Shown piece by piece: positions 1 through 12,672 of a DNA stretch of 64,000 nucleotides (within the stretch, counting starts at the first letter, position 1; every line of letters begins with the position of its first letter). Position numbers and translations under genes: made by a program. The notes under the pieces were generated by a model. The model saw nothing but the letters and a program-made list of their open reading frames with translations, searched no databases and was not told the origin of the DNA. The stretch lies in the NCBI GenBank assembly GCA_013239625.1, contig MU053520.1:1331103-1395102 (forward strand), read 5' to 3'. Source of the stretch: Lama guanicoe. Taxonomy: Eukaryota.

Positions 1-789
1 TTTAATTGTCTACAGACAACGCATCCCCAGGGTGCCCTGCTCCAGGCTGACTCCTGTTTCTGTCTTGCCTCAGGTGCACCACTGTTTACAAGAGGTGCAA
101 ACATTCCTTTGCATGACTGTTGTCTTCTTCTATCGAAGCCTCAGACAATTAAGAGCTGAGGCTCGAGGCAGAGGAGCCCTCTTGGCTAAGCTTTAGCAAC
201 AATTACATGTTCATGTGAACCTGAGACTCCAGTAAACCACGATGAAGCTAATTACCTATCTGCTGCTAGCCTGCAGACATTGGAATCAAGAAGATGCAAA
301 GAAGCCCAACTGTGCAAGGATAAAATAATGCCATGTTTATTTTATATTACATTTAAAGAAATAGCCCAGAGTCATTTTATGTGTTGTGATTGCATTCATT
401 TTTATTGGGTATTCTTTTTTAAAGTAATACAAAGCTTGTTGTCACAAGGCAAACACTATGAAGGTATATAAAAAAAATGAAATAAAATAACAATCCTTCT
501 TAAACCCTCCAGTCTAACGCCAATAGCCCAGTGCAACTTGTTATGTTAATTTACGATTTGGCATATATTCTGTGTACCTATTTCTGTGCCCTTAGAAATA
601 TAGATAGATGGATGGATAGATAGGATATATACACATACACATATTTACACACATGTATATTTCATGTTTTTATAAAAATTGGGTCATCTCATGCAACCTT
701 TCTATAAAACTTGCTTTCCATCAACAGTATATTCTGTTCTTCCCTCTGGGTCGTTACATACAAATATAACTCATTCTTTTATATTTATA

Positions 790-1140
790 TATTCATTCAC
801 TCATCATATATTTATGATGACTGTCTACAGATATCTGCTTTCGACACTCAGGTGAACAAAACAGACGGAAGTCTTGCTTTCATGGAATTTGCATTGTAAT
901 ATGGGAGACAGACAATAAACATAAAGAAATAAAATAACAGCATGTCACATGGTACTGAGTGCTGTAGAGAACAGAAAGCAGGGGGCTCCAGAGAAAGGAG
1001 TATGGGGGGAGGCTTGCTGTTTTTCAGAAGTGGTTGGAGAAGGTGTGTAAGCCAAGAACTGAAGGAAATGAGCCAGCAAGACGTGCATCTATCTGGGGCA
1101 AGAACTCTCCAGGCACAGAGAACAGCAATACAAACAACAC
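790..1140 (-). mobile_element. L2 LINE 3' end relic
   Basis: Begins with attcattcactcatc (reverse complement of the L2 tail), then gtgaacaaaacagac...ttgctttcatggaatttgcattgtaatatgggagacagacaataaac, typical of the L2 3' end. Confidence 0.75.
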
Positions 1141-1159
1141 TGCCAAAAATATCCTACTA

Positions 1160-1980
1160 AAAGTTTCCTTATGTACTAAAGCTTCTTGAATCATTGGTCC
1201 AAAGATATGCACATATAAAATACGCACCCCAGATCACTTTTGCAGCAATTTACAGTCCTATCAAAAACCTATCAAAATGTATAAGGATGCCCCTTTCACA
1301 ACAAATTGATCAGCACTGGAAATAATCAATCTTTTTAATTCACGTCAAATTAATGTTTTGACTTTTATTTCTCTGATAACTGGTGAAGTTGTTAGGTAAT
1401 TAGATAAATGGAGGCACCGGGCAGATAGATGGAGGAGAGGGAGGATGGTCTGGAAGATGGTGTTATGCCTACCTCCAGCATAAAGGGACTTCACTTCCTC
1501 TAAATGAATGCCAGCAAGAAACTGGTTAGAACCAAACAGCTGCAACTGCACAGCAGCAGGAAGGACCTACCTAGACACGACCCAGTGCTCATTGTAATAT
1601 AATTAGCATTGAGGTTTAGGCTCCCACATGTTTTTTCTCTGTGTGCATCATGGGTAAGGACATGTGCAAAGAGAACAAACACGGCTAGGCATTCCAGGGG
1701 CAAGAGCCGTCAATCATTCAAGAGACCACCTCTAAGCGAGGGTATAAGAGAAAGGGGCAAATGAAGGCCACTGCTTTTGCTCCCTTGGATCAGCCCAGTT
1801 CCTATTCTTGGAGGTGTACTTTTCGTTTCCTAAATAAATGCTTTAAAATCTTTTGCTACACAGCACTCTGTCTCCCATCTGAAATCTTGCCTTTCAGGTA
1901 TGACAAGAATTGGGGTCTCTTTCCTTCCCCTTTGGAGGTAACAAGGTTAGGCAGCTTTTCATATGGTTTTTGGCCAATAA
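1160..1980 (-). mobile_element. Old L1M ORF2/3' fragment, interrupted by a solo LTR
   Basis: ttctctgataactggtg[LTR]aggttaggcagcttttcatatggtttttggcca resembles the antisense L1 motif tctctgatgactagtgaggttgagcatcttttcatatg, continuous across the LTR. Confidence 0.6.
1390..1943 (+). mobile_element. Solo LTR, ERV1 class (copy A of a family also present at 20142-20698)
   Basis: TG...CA termini (tgttagg...ggtaaca), TATA-like gggtataaga at about 1741-1750, AATAAA at 1833-1838, and near 4-bp TSD aagt/aggt. Aligns end to end with the reverse complement of 20142-20698. Confidence 0.9.
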
Positions 1981-3011
1981 AAGATTCTCAGTTGGAGGCT
2001 TTTAAAACATTTGTGTTAACACTGTTATTACCTAACTCTGGTTCTTTGGCACAGAGCAAAGCAAGAAAGTTCCACCCACATGGTAAAGTTGAGTTCAGGA
2101 TAAGAATTTCTCCAGAATAGTGGAAGCCCAGCTTCCTAAGATAACCAGGCAGATGGGGGGTCAAACAAGAAGACAAGTTACTGAATCAAATGATACAGCC
2201 AGCTTGCCTTCTGGATTGAATTGGTTCTAGAGATGAACAAGGCAATCTAAAAGTGGATGCATGCCTTTCATAAAATTTTAATTAGAAGGAATAGAAAGGA
2301 CAGGTCATGGTATCCTTCATCTCTGATGGTCTTTGAACTGGTACTCTGCCTTCTAAGTAAAGACTGCTCTTGGATTATTTTAAATTCCATCAATACACAG
2401 ATGCATTCACTGGCCCATACTATTACCTACTGACCCATCAAGTTATCAAAGAATTATCCTTTCTGGCATTCAGTCTCTGAACTGAATTAAATAATGCTGA
2501 GATCTTGCTGTAGTCTGCATATTCATGTTTGGGGAAATAACCCAGAACAAAAGATTTAAGTGCTTTAGATGAGCCCAGGGTAAGAGGGATCTGGCCTGGA
2601 AATAGACACACCGACTAGGACTTGACTCAAGCTGCACTCCAGGGTAGAGATTGATGCAAATGACATTAGCGGTTTAAAAAGTCCTTATTCCTTTTCTCTA
2701 ACTCTCTTACACCTCTTTTTTGTTTGTTTGTTTTTGTTTTTGTTTTTGTTTTTGTTTTCATCTGAACCCCTTTCAGAATGCCTTCAAGCCCCTGGGACAT
2801 GTCCCATGCCTTTTTGACTTCCAATACCAGTATTTTTTGCCCTCAGTCTGGGCTAATCTAACAAATGTAATCACCACGCTCCTCTTCTGAATGACTAATA
2901 TCTGATTCAGAGATGACTTGTCCAGTCTGGGATCAGAGAATCTAAGCTGTTATTCCAAAGGGTTGGAATGAACTTTCCCATGTTGAACTGGAAGATATCA
3001 CTTACCATCTC

Positions 3012-3205
3012 ATTCTGGCTCCAACACTGTATATAGCTCTATGGTTTGGGGTATATTATCTTCTCTGTGCCTCAATTTTTTTTTTAATTTATAAAATGAG
3101 CCAACATGACAGCTATCTCTTAGGTTTCTTGTTAGTATTATGTGGAATAATAAGGCATGGTGTCTGACACATAGTAAATCTTCAGTAAAATAAGGCATTA
3201 CTGTT
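3012..3205 (+). mobile_element. MIR SINE
   Basis: MIR core ttctctgtgcctcaattt...ataaaatgag and tail tgtctgacacatagtaaatcttcagtaaa. Confidence 0.8.
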
Positions 3206-4247
3206 ATGTTATCTGTTGTTATATATTGTTGCAATACTGCCAAAGATGAGTTCTTCAATCTGGAGGTTTGGTCCAGTCTGTGCACTGAGTTGCACAGGGA
3301 GGCTTTAATTTTGCTCATCAGGTTGTTGATTGATGCTTGTTTGCTAACACTGAAAATGTTGGCAAAGGCAGGAAGGAGGGCTGGCAGAGCCGTTGCTGTA
3401 CTAATTACCGAAGGTGCAAATTCAACATGTAGCACACTTACAAGACATAATGAGCCTTTGCTGAGGTGAAACAGGAGGTTTGTTACATACATTAGAATTA
3501 GATGCTATAAGTGCTTAACATCACAAATGTGAATGAAATGTAAGAAAGCAATCCACCCACCTCTGCATGACAACAATAGAGTCCCCTCCAGCTGGCTGAT
3601 AAGCACGGAACCAGGACAGAAGGGTAATTTAGTTAAAGCAGCAGTTGATTACCTACGCTGCTGTCTGCTCTCCAACACCACAGGGAGAAACAGGAGAATG
3701 TGCTGAAGGAACAATGCCCTTCATCAAGGACAACCTACAGCATTTCTTCACTCACTGGTTAATGGTTAATGAGGGTATTGGTGGTGGGTCTCTTCTGCTT
3801 CTATTTGTTTAAAGGAAGGTGGGGCGGGATGGGGAGGGGGAGGGCAATTGGCCAGTCAAGTAGCAGCCATGATAGGGGTCAGAACAACTTTTGGTGCTTG
3901 CTTTTAAGGAATATTATGCATTATCCTGAATAGGTTCGAGTAAAGTACATTAGGTGTACATTGGGGGTTTTAGAATCGAAGACAAATTTAATGATGCTGG
4001 GAGAATGCACATACTTATTTAGCAACTGGGTCATTTAATAAGTTGTTTAACAGTGCCACCTGCAGGCAAACATCCATTCCTAGAACAGAATGGCAGGAAG
4101 CCTGCTGGAAGAGAATCACCCGTCACTCAGAAGTTTAGCAAAAGGCTTTCAGATCAGACTAAAATTGTAATCCTAATCCTAATGATGGCTTTATCAAATA
4201 CATGGACTTAGACAAGCTTTTCCAACCTTTCTGAGATACTCAGTAAA

Positions 4248-4490
4248 TGCTTTGCACCTCCAGTGACAGGAAACCTGTTTTTAATGGAAACAGATGATTC
4301 TCTTTGCAGACATAGGCATGCTAGGATGTTTGTTATAAAGCCATCTTGATACAATTTTAGTCTTTAGTTCAATTTCTCCTTCTTGAGGATATTCAAAATG
4401 AGTTTTATCCTCCATTTATATAGTTCTTAAAATATTGGAAGACAAATATTAGATCCCTTTTTAATCTCCCCTTCACCAGGCGAATAATTA
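4248..4490 (-). mobile_element. L3/CR1 LINE relic
   Basis: tgctttgcacctccagtgacagg ... aaatattggaagaca ... ccttcaccaggcgaata resemble the antisense L3 3' region. Confidence 0.55.
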
Positions 4491-5200
4491 TTAGTTGTCT
4501 TTAGGACTACCCTATACAAAATAAAAATAAACAATTACCACTGCATCGGTGGTGACCTCGTGCATTATAAGCATTTCTTTGGAATTTTGTGTGATATTTC
4601 TGTTATTCCTTTTGTGTGTTTGTTAAACTGCATCTCTGGTTAGTCGATTACTCAAGATCACAGTTACTGCTATATTTTTAAACAAAAACTGGATTGTAAT
4701 CAAATTCCTGGAGGCAGTAACCTTTTGAAATTTGATGAGATCAACATCTTCCCAAATTCACATAAATTCATAGCCCTGCACACAAATTAAAGACCCCTTA
4801 AACTCCACTCTTGGTCTCAGATACTCAGCAAACCTACCTGGACCTCAATTTTAAAATTCCTATTTTAAAGGAATTAAAGAGATGGGTCCTGCATTCTATC
4901 TTCTTTCCCCCAATCTCATTTTCCATTCTTCCTCAGCAAATATTCTAAGTCCCAGTCTCCCATAAAAGAGGCAAATGCCTTGCATTAATTGGCCTGGTGA
5001 ACAGTGCGGTTCTTGTGTTTTCACACTAGCAAATAGAATTTACTGCTAAAAAGTCAGAAAGCTCCTCTGTAATTTTCAGTTTGCACAGCTCTTCTTCAGT
5101 TTGAAATCTCTGGCATACTGCAGAGATTTCAAATCTAGCTGTAGGTGTACAGGAAGCAGCTACCCCCTGGGCCTAGCTTCCAGAAAGAGTCAGCACTTGC

Positions 5201-5247
<47 letters not shown>
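5201..5247 (+). repeat. Short (CA)n followed by a 38-nt poly(A) run
   Basis: Seen directly; A run at 5210-5247. Confidence 0.95.
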
Positions 5248-5248
<1 letters not shown>

Positions 5249-6834
5249 AATTATGTGAGAGAAAAGAAAACATTCTTGTCTGGTAAGAAGACAGAAAGCT
5301 AGGGTCAAGAAGGCAGCAGATGTGTGAATCTTAAGTTTTCAGAGGAGAGAAGGAAAAATTGCCTTTTGAGCTATAATTTTCAGCTCTGTGACGGCACCAC
5401 AACCACAGATCATTGCTATATGGCTATTGTATCTCGGGCATTGATTTTTGTGATGAGGTTCAGGGAATAGGCAAACACTGAATTTTCATTAGCTCCTGGG
5501 GGAAAGTGAGCACCCTCCCCAAACCAAACTGTCCAGAACGCATTAAGGGATAATTTATATAAGCAGGCTCAGTGGAACTTGAGCTATTGGCAGCAACAGC
5601 AATAAAGCACTTCTAGGTGAGTGGCTAATTTGAACCAGAGCATGTCCCTGCTACCCATTCAAACCACTTGTCTTCCCTTTACTCAAAGCTTGAATGGGAA
5701 AACTGTCCTTTGTTTCCTTTTTTTTTTTCTTCTTCTTTTGCATATGTTTTAGACAAAAGGGCACCTATGCAGGCTCGACAATACCTGTAAGGAAGAGAGA
5801 TGACTATATTAGAAAAACCACAGTCCTGGTCACTGGTGTCATTATTATGTACTCAGATCTAACTAAGCATGGGGAAGTAAACTGAGTGATGTAGAAGCAT
5901 CTTGGTGGCATTTATCAAACACTCCTAGGTACTACGCTAGTTCCTTTTTCTCCTCATAAAATGATCTGCTTCCTGAAGTCAGAGATGCTCCCTTACTCAC
6001 CACAGCATGTTTACCACTCTGTCTCACTTTTTTTTTTTTTTTTTTTTGCCAGAGACATTAACAATGAGTGTTTCTGTACAGTGTAAATTTTACATAAACC
6101 CTGGTACTTGTGATTTTTCCCCCCAGAATTGAGATTTTGTTAATAGCACAAAATAAGACAATGCTTTATAGAAAGACATTACATTATGACATGTTAAAAT
6201 TTAGACATGTTAAAATTTAATGAAATGGGTGGTTCTGAAAACCCTGAACATTTTAATTCAAATGTAGAAGATGTAAAAATGCAGTGAGCAGGTAACTCAC
6301 CATACAGATCCTACCTTCAGTATTTCATAGGACTGAAGCAATAAAAAAAGACATCAAATTCAAAGTTTTCCTAGGTCCTAGGATAGTAATTCTGTAAGAT
6401 CCTAAGAAACTGCAAATATTATCCTGGGTGTTTTGACATAAATCTCAGAATTTTTTTATAGTTGCCAGAATTTTGGCACAGGAATTAGGTTTGAAAAAGA
6501 CTTGTAACTCAGTGCTGCTTGATTTCAGGAAGATTTAATTGATACAAATAATAAATAACTTTGTATGATTAAAAAGAAAAATGATTATACATATCTGAAC
6601 AAGCTGATAGAAACCAAATCCGAATATTTGCTGCTCTGTTAAACTTGTGCTCTCTGAAACTTTCTGTGCACCTCTGGCCATTTCATTTGACTTTCTCTAT
6701 GTTGGCTAATAGGTGTATTAGCCATCTCTAACTTCCATTTCTAACTTCCCTTGAGAAGGCAATAGCATTGGTTGGCCATGAGATCACTGATAATGCAGCT
6801 GCATTTTAGGAGACTATTTTACAAACACTGCTTT

Positions 6835-8345
6835 CATTCATTTATTGAGCTATAATTTATAAAAAACAAAATGCACTCATTTTAAGTATACAATTCAATG
6901 AATTTTGATAAATATATGCAGTCACATAAACACCACTATAGTCAAGATATTAAACATGTCCAGAACCTCAAAAAGGTTCCTCATGCCCCTTTGAGGCCAT
7001 CCCCACCCTCAGTCCCAGGTAACCACCAATCTGTTTTTTATCACTGTAACCACAATAGATCAGTTTCAGTCCTTCTTGAATTTCACATAAAATCACACAT
7101 GTACTCTTTTGTATCTGGCTCAGCACGATGTTATGTTCCCCTGAATATAATGTGCCTTTTTTTTTTTTCTGGTTGCATTATAGATTTTCTCTTTATCAGT
7201 CAGTGAACATACACAGTGGGAAAGTGGGTTTGCAGAAGTTTAATTAAATTGTACCTAGACATAGTTTTGTTTGTGTTTGTCCTGCCTGGAGTGTTATAGC
7301 TTTTTGAATCTATAAATTTATGTCTTTGTCAAATTTGGGAATTTGTGGGACATCGTCTTCAAAATTTTTTGTACCTATTTTTTTACCGTCCTCCAAGAGC
7401 TCAAATTTCACATGTTAAAAAAAAATTATGTCTTTGAGTCTCTATTTATTTTTTAAAACTTTTTTCTCTCCATCTCCAAATTGAACACTCTTTCTTGTTC
7501 TGTAATCAAATTTACTGACATTTTTCTTTGTCTACAACAAATGTTTCAATGTCTACTACATTTAGCTATTAAGCCCATACAGTGAATTTCTTTTTATTTC
7601 AGATATTATATTTCCCACTTCTAAAAATTCCATTTTTGATAGCTATCATTTCTCAGTGGAAATTTTCTATTTTTTTCATTCATTACAAGCATATTTTCTC
7701 TTATATCATTGGGCATAATTATATCTCCTTTTCAATTTTTGTCTGATAATTTTAACATTTCAGGATCAGGTTTTTCTTGCTGATCTTTTCTCCCAAAAGA
7801 ATGATTCACATCTCCTATTTTTCATGTTGCATAATTCTGGGTTGTATCCTACACATATACATTTAATGTTGTGGAGACTGGCTTCTCTTACATTTCCCCA
7901 TATGGTGTTTATTTGCTAATCTTAGCAGGTTGCTTTGGTTAAATTCAAACTGCACACTCTGTCCCATGGGTAGCAGTTCTGATCTTAATTCTGTCCTTTT
8001 GGCTTTGCTGTGTTACTTGAGTTGACCACACAGAGGTGTGTTTCAGGTATTTAGTTGGACTTTCCCTCTACAGCTGTCACCCCAGGATCCCCACCATGTT
8101 TTCCTGTAACTGTGGTTGCTTTCATCTGTCTTCTGTTTCTTCAAGCCAAAATGCCGAGAGATTTTGACTATTACACATATCACATACGCAGATTAGGGCC
8201 CCTCCTCAGGCTGGAAACAAAGCGGGAAACTCATTCAGAATACTGACTACCCCTATACGTATATATTTTCAGATTTCATATTTGCTACTTAAGGGAGGGT
8301 CAGTATGACAGGGTCTTTCTGAGCTATCACTAGAAGTAGAACCCA
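6835..8345 (-). mobile_element. Old L1M fragments (3' end at about 6835-7130; ORF1/5'-type sequence at about 7130-8345)
   Basis: tttattgagctataattt...atgcactcattttaagtatacaattcaatgaattttgataaat is the antisense 3' end of L1MB/L1MC-type elements, followed by T-rich antisense ORF1-like sequence. Confidence 0.7.
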
Positions 8346-8839
8346 CATTTATTTTTGAAAGTCAAATTATGGTAACTTGAAATGCCGCTGGCATACCTGA
8401 TGAAAATTGTTTCATCTCAATATATCCTTTGGCTATTTGTTATATGAAGTCCTAAAAATGGTACATTGAGCAGACCTTCAAATCAATGTATTGACCACCT
8501 TTGCTATGTAATTTTTACTTTCTTCCCCACTGTGTATGCTCACTGACTGCAAAGTCTTTTGCTAAAGTCTTTTGGTAAAGCCTCACCATTGCTGCTGCCT
8601 GCCATGTGGCCCCTAAACAAGTTATGAACAGAGGCAGAGAGATGGCTTTTTCTAGCTTTTTACTTGGAATCTAAAGTAGCTCATTTTGTGTTTAGAGTCT
8701 CACAAAGCATCTCATTAATCTGTTTTTTAGCTTTCAGCGTGATCTCTTTGCCCAGATCACATCTTTATTTCTACAATATGTTAATCAAATATTAATAGAG
8801 TTCAGTATGTGAGGAATATAACATATAAGTCTTCACTCT

Positions 8840-9325
8840 ATTAATAAGAATAACTATAATTCATTGAATACTTTGTGCTAGGATCTACTTGATAAAGTTA
8901 GTAATACTTCAGGACTTGATCTCTGAAGCCAGATTGCTTGAGTTAATACTATTATTTTTTTGGTGGGGAGGGGTAAATACTATTACTTTGAGTAAGTTGC
9001 TGAATATCTTTGTGCTTCAGTTCCCCACCGGAAAAATGAGGAAAAAATTAACCAACTTTATAGTGTGTCATGAGAGTTCAATGAGTTAATGCACTCAGAA
9101 TTGTACCAGGTACACAGTGATCACTCAATAAATATTTGTTATTACTTTAATTGCTACTGTCGGAACAATTTTATGAGATATTTTTCTTTTTTGAAAAAAA
9201 TGTATTAATGAGAAAATTGACAATGAAAGGTTGAATTACTTGCCCAAATTCACTTGGCTTTGAAGAAACAAAAGTGGGATTTTGAGTCAGGAATTCTGAC
9301 TCCAGAGCCCATGAATTTAACCATC
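8840..9325 (-). mobile_element. MIR (minus strand) interrupted by a second MIR on the plus strand at about 8920-9146
   Basis: Antisense MIR tail at about 8845-8890 resumes at about 9165 (atgagaaaattgac...ttacttgcccaaattcac...tctgactccagagccc). A sense MIR (ctctgaagccagattgc...cttcagttccccaccggaaaaatgagg...ctcaataaatatttg) lies between. Confidence 0.75.
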
Positions 9326-9939
9326 CTCTTGTTTAGACGCAGTCCAAGTAGCTGATTGGTGGATAGACATCATGCTGTTCTCCTGGGTCTCCTCACAGCC
9401 TCAAAGTTCACATGTTATTAACCGATATAAACCAATACTGGGAAAAGAAGGGTGGAGATTTTATCTGGTTTTTGCTCAGCCAGACAAAATTGTCTTGTAA
9501 CTCCTATGATTAGTTGTGCTAAAAAATCGACTCTATCTTTTAAAGATTTAAAGTTTGTTCTGAATCTTCAACTGTGATTTTCTGTTTGTTTGAATCTCAG
9601 AAAAGATATTGCTGAGTCATGCAAATAAGTAGATAAATACCATCTGGGTAAGTTGATCTTGCAACATAATATATTGTTTTCATAATAACATTGCTCAGGT
9701 ACTGAACTCTATTCATTTTTGATTTCCATATTTTCAAAATATGTCTCTCTACAATTATGTCATATATCAGAAGTACACATTCTACTTACATACAACATTA
9801 AATAGGGATATAAAGAGAAACATGTTTTATTTTCTTTGCTCCACAAAATTTATCCTTTTATTAAAAGATTCAAGATACTATTATAAATGTTACAGAATAA
9901 AATGCATAATAGAATATATAACAGAAAATGTATGATACA

Positions 9940-10450
9940 AAAGGACATCAAGGGTTTTTAATTCTACCTCTCACCAAATTTTGCATAGGAATCCTTTCTG
10001 TAATATCACAGGCATATAATCATCCAGACATTACTATAGATTACTCTGCTGCTAGAAAGCTTTGATTTTCAGAGTATTCTTTCTGTATTAATCTAAAAAC
10101 TCCTGTCCTATAACTGCCATTCATTAATTAGCCTCAAGTCTAGCTGCAAGAAAACATGAAAATGAAGACTTTCTTTCATGTTACAGCTATTTAAATATTT
10201 GAAAATAATTATCCTTTCTACCCAAACCTTTGGACAGAATATCCTATTTATGAAGTTATTTTAAGATCTTTCTTAACACACAATAATTTTCTTACATATA
10301 AACTCATGCTTGTCTATTTCCACATTAAAAGTCTGTGATTAGAACTTACACAATACAATGTGTGTGTGATCATGCAAATGCAGGACTCACAGAACTATCC
10401 CCTCTCTGATCTGGAAGCTACTTGAACTAATGCAGTTTCTGATAGCTTTT
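9940..10450 (-). mobile_element. L3/CR1 LINE relic
   Basis: aggaatcctttctgtaatatc...catccag and ttcatgttacagctatttaaatatttgaaaata resemble L3. Confidence 0.5.
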
Positions 10451-11239
10451 TTTTTTTTTAACTTGTACCACTAATCTTGCTAGCTCAAAAACATAGTTTC
10501 CTTATTGCTTTAACTATTATTTATATTAATCTATAAAGATATACCATGGCTTTCTAGGAGCAAATCTCTTTTAAACAATACACACATATATTACAGTTTT
10601 TTTTTAACACATATACTCACTTATATGCAAGTCATAGGAACTTAGGCTACCAGTGAAGACTGAATAACAGATATCTAATCTGAGTTTAGTTTTACCATAA
10701 TTCTTGTCCATCCCACAACTTTTGTAGTTTTTTTTATATGTGGCTCTGCTAATGTTAATGTCAGCATCTCAGAATCTATTTTGCCTTGTGCTGATCTTCC
10801 AAATTAGAACATTCTAATTTAGTTGAGACACCAGTTGTGTTTGCCCTCTTGTCAGTGTTCTGCCATGGAACTGTTACAGAGGATGACCCCTAATTTTCCT
10901 TTGACAGAAGATGATACCACACTAAGTAACTGAATTATACCACATCAAGTTCTAGTTGGGTTGTCTTCCTAAACTGTTGGTAGTCACATGATGGGCTCAC
11001 TTTCAGGATATGGGGTGAGGCATCAGGATATTAAGTCCATATTGCCTCAGAATAAAGTTTAATCATTTTGTCAGGCATTTGAGAAAAGTGCCCTATCTGC
11101 ACTATGCGTGCTCTGTACCTTCGTAGTTCCCTAAAGCGAACCTGGTATTTTGAGTTGAGGCTCTTGAATTGTGACCTTCCCCTGCACCCCCCCCCCACCC
11201 CACACACACAGCATATACTTCCCATCAGACAATCACATA

Positions 11240-11665
11240 GGCTGGCCCCATGATTTCTCTCTTGTTATATGCTTTATCTGAAATGTCCACCCATCTTCTC
11301 TCCTCCCTCTGTTTTCTATTTATGCCTCTGGTCTTGCTTATCATGTCCTACTCCTTTTAGGCAGAGTTTCATAACAACTCTAATCTAAGTTTCCTAAAAT
11401 CTTGGGGAGCTCGTTCTCTGTAATAAAGACAGAGGAAAGAAGAACTTCTTGGAAGAAATAGTGCAAATAAATGTGCTCCACACCCTTTTTAACCTCTCCC
11501 TCTAACTTATTAAAAATAGAAAGGGAAATAATTAAGACCATCACATCACAGGGGAGTGAGACAGTGAGACATCCTAATTGTCTTATCACTGCAATTGACA
11601 CTGCATCAGTACCACCAAACATAGTGCCTGACACATGATAGCCAGTCTCTTCAAGAGTATTTAGC
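11240..11665 (+). mobile_element. L2 3' end relic
   Basis: Ends in aaacatagtgcctgacacatgatagc...tcaagagtatt, the L2/MIR-type tail. Confidence 0.5.
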
Positions 11666-11699
11666 CAACATGAGAATACATCTTGAGCTCTAGGGAAGG

Positions 11700-12148
11700 G
11701 CTTAGACTAGGACACTTAGAGGCAATTCAACTAGCATGGACACATAAATTGAATAACTAGTCAAGTAGGCAAGCAGGCTTAGAGTGGCCAGAAGAAATAC
11801 CCAGTAAGCTATTTTTCATGTCTCAAAATTTGATATCATGGTAAAAACTGTGGATGCTTTACAACTAGGAATGTTTTGCACAGGGAATGGAAGTGTCAAA
11901 GGAAGTCTGGAAGATCACCTTCTGATACATGAGAAAGGAACTGAACGTTTTTACACACAGTTCTGAAAGTAGAAGGACAGTGATTATAAGGGCACAGGGA
12001 GAAAGCCTTTGATTCAGAACAAAAGGAAACTTTGTAAAACAAAGCATTTCCAATGAGGATGTTCTGGACAGATTTTAAAAAGAGATGACAGTTGGACCAC
12101 AGTGAGATAATCCATAAGGTACCTTCTATTTTTGAGATTTTATGATTT
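11700..12148 (+). mobile_element. L3/CR1 3' end relic
   Basis: Ends in aaggtaccttctatttttgagattttatgatt, similar to the L3/MIR3 terminus; cagaacaaaaggaaacttt upstream. Confidence 0.5.
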
Positions 12149-12214
12149 GTGAGTCTTTGAATTTCTTGCTGGAGAGAAAGAATTGGATGCACCCCATTGT
12201 TAGCAGGACTGTGG

Positions 12215-12385
12215 GTTCAGACCACCACCATCAGAGCCACCTTAAACAAATTTTTTACAATGCAGATTTCTGAGCTCAATTCAAGGGTTGCTACTGGGGT
12301 GGGGGGGTTCTCTTGAGAAGAAACCTTGAGATCAGCATTTTTAAAAGTCCCAGGTAATTCTAATGCCCCTTAAAGTTACAGAGCT
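12215..12385. mobile_element. MER5-type hAT-Charlie MITE
   Basis: catcagagccacc...aatgcagatttctgag...gcatttttaaaagtcccaggtaattctaatgc. Confidence 0.7.
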
Positions 12386-12656
12386 TTCTGGTTAGTGTTC
12401 TCCAGTTTAAGTAAGCATGAGGAGCCCTGGGTTGGTACTGACAGGCCATTATCCATCCTTAGTTACTGACATCATTCCTTTGTTCCGTAGGTTCTATGGC
12501 CTTTGGAATGTCAAAGGCACAAGCTTAAGAGAAAGAGAAAATCAGGACAAAAGTTTCAGTGCTCCATAGGTAAAACAGTTTCTGTTGGATGCCATTCTTT
12601 TTTTTTTTTTCTGTTTTCAGTAAATATAAAAAAAAAAAAAAAAAAATACTTTAACA

Positions 12657-12672
12657 NNNNNNNNNNNNNNNN
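12657..12672. other. Assembly gap (16 N) with duplicated flank
   Basis: T-run + ctgttttcagtaaatat + A-run appears on both sides of the N run. Confidence 0.95.

Noticed and set aside
3010..3492. 160-aa ORF on the minus strand
   Set aside because: The C-terminal part is translated MIR sequence, and there is no recognisable protein family.
5201..5247. Orphan 38-nt poly(A) as a solo poly(A) retro-insertion
   Set aside because: No flanking TSD is visible, so it cannot be told apart from slippage expansion.
6188..6219. 16-bp tandem duplication gacatgttaaaattta x2 (similar small duplications near 32716-32765, 50326-50346 and 63805-63870)
   Set aside because: Ordinary slippage duplications with no regular repeat-spacer structure.
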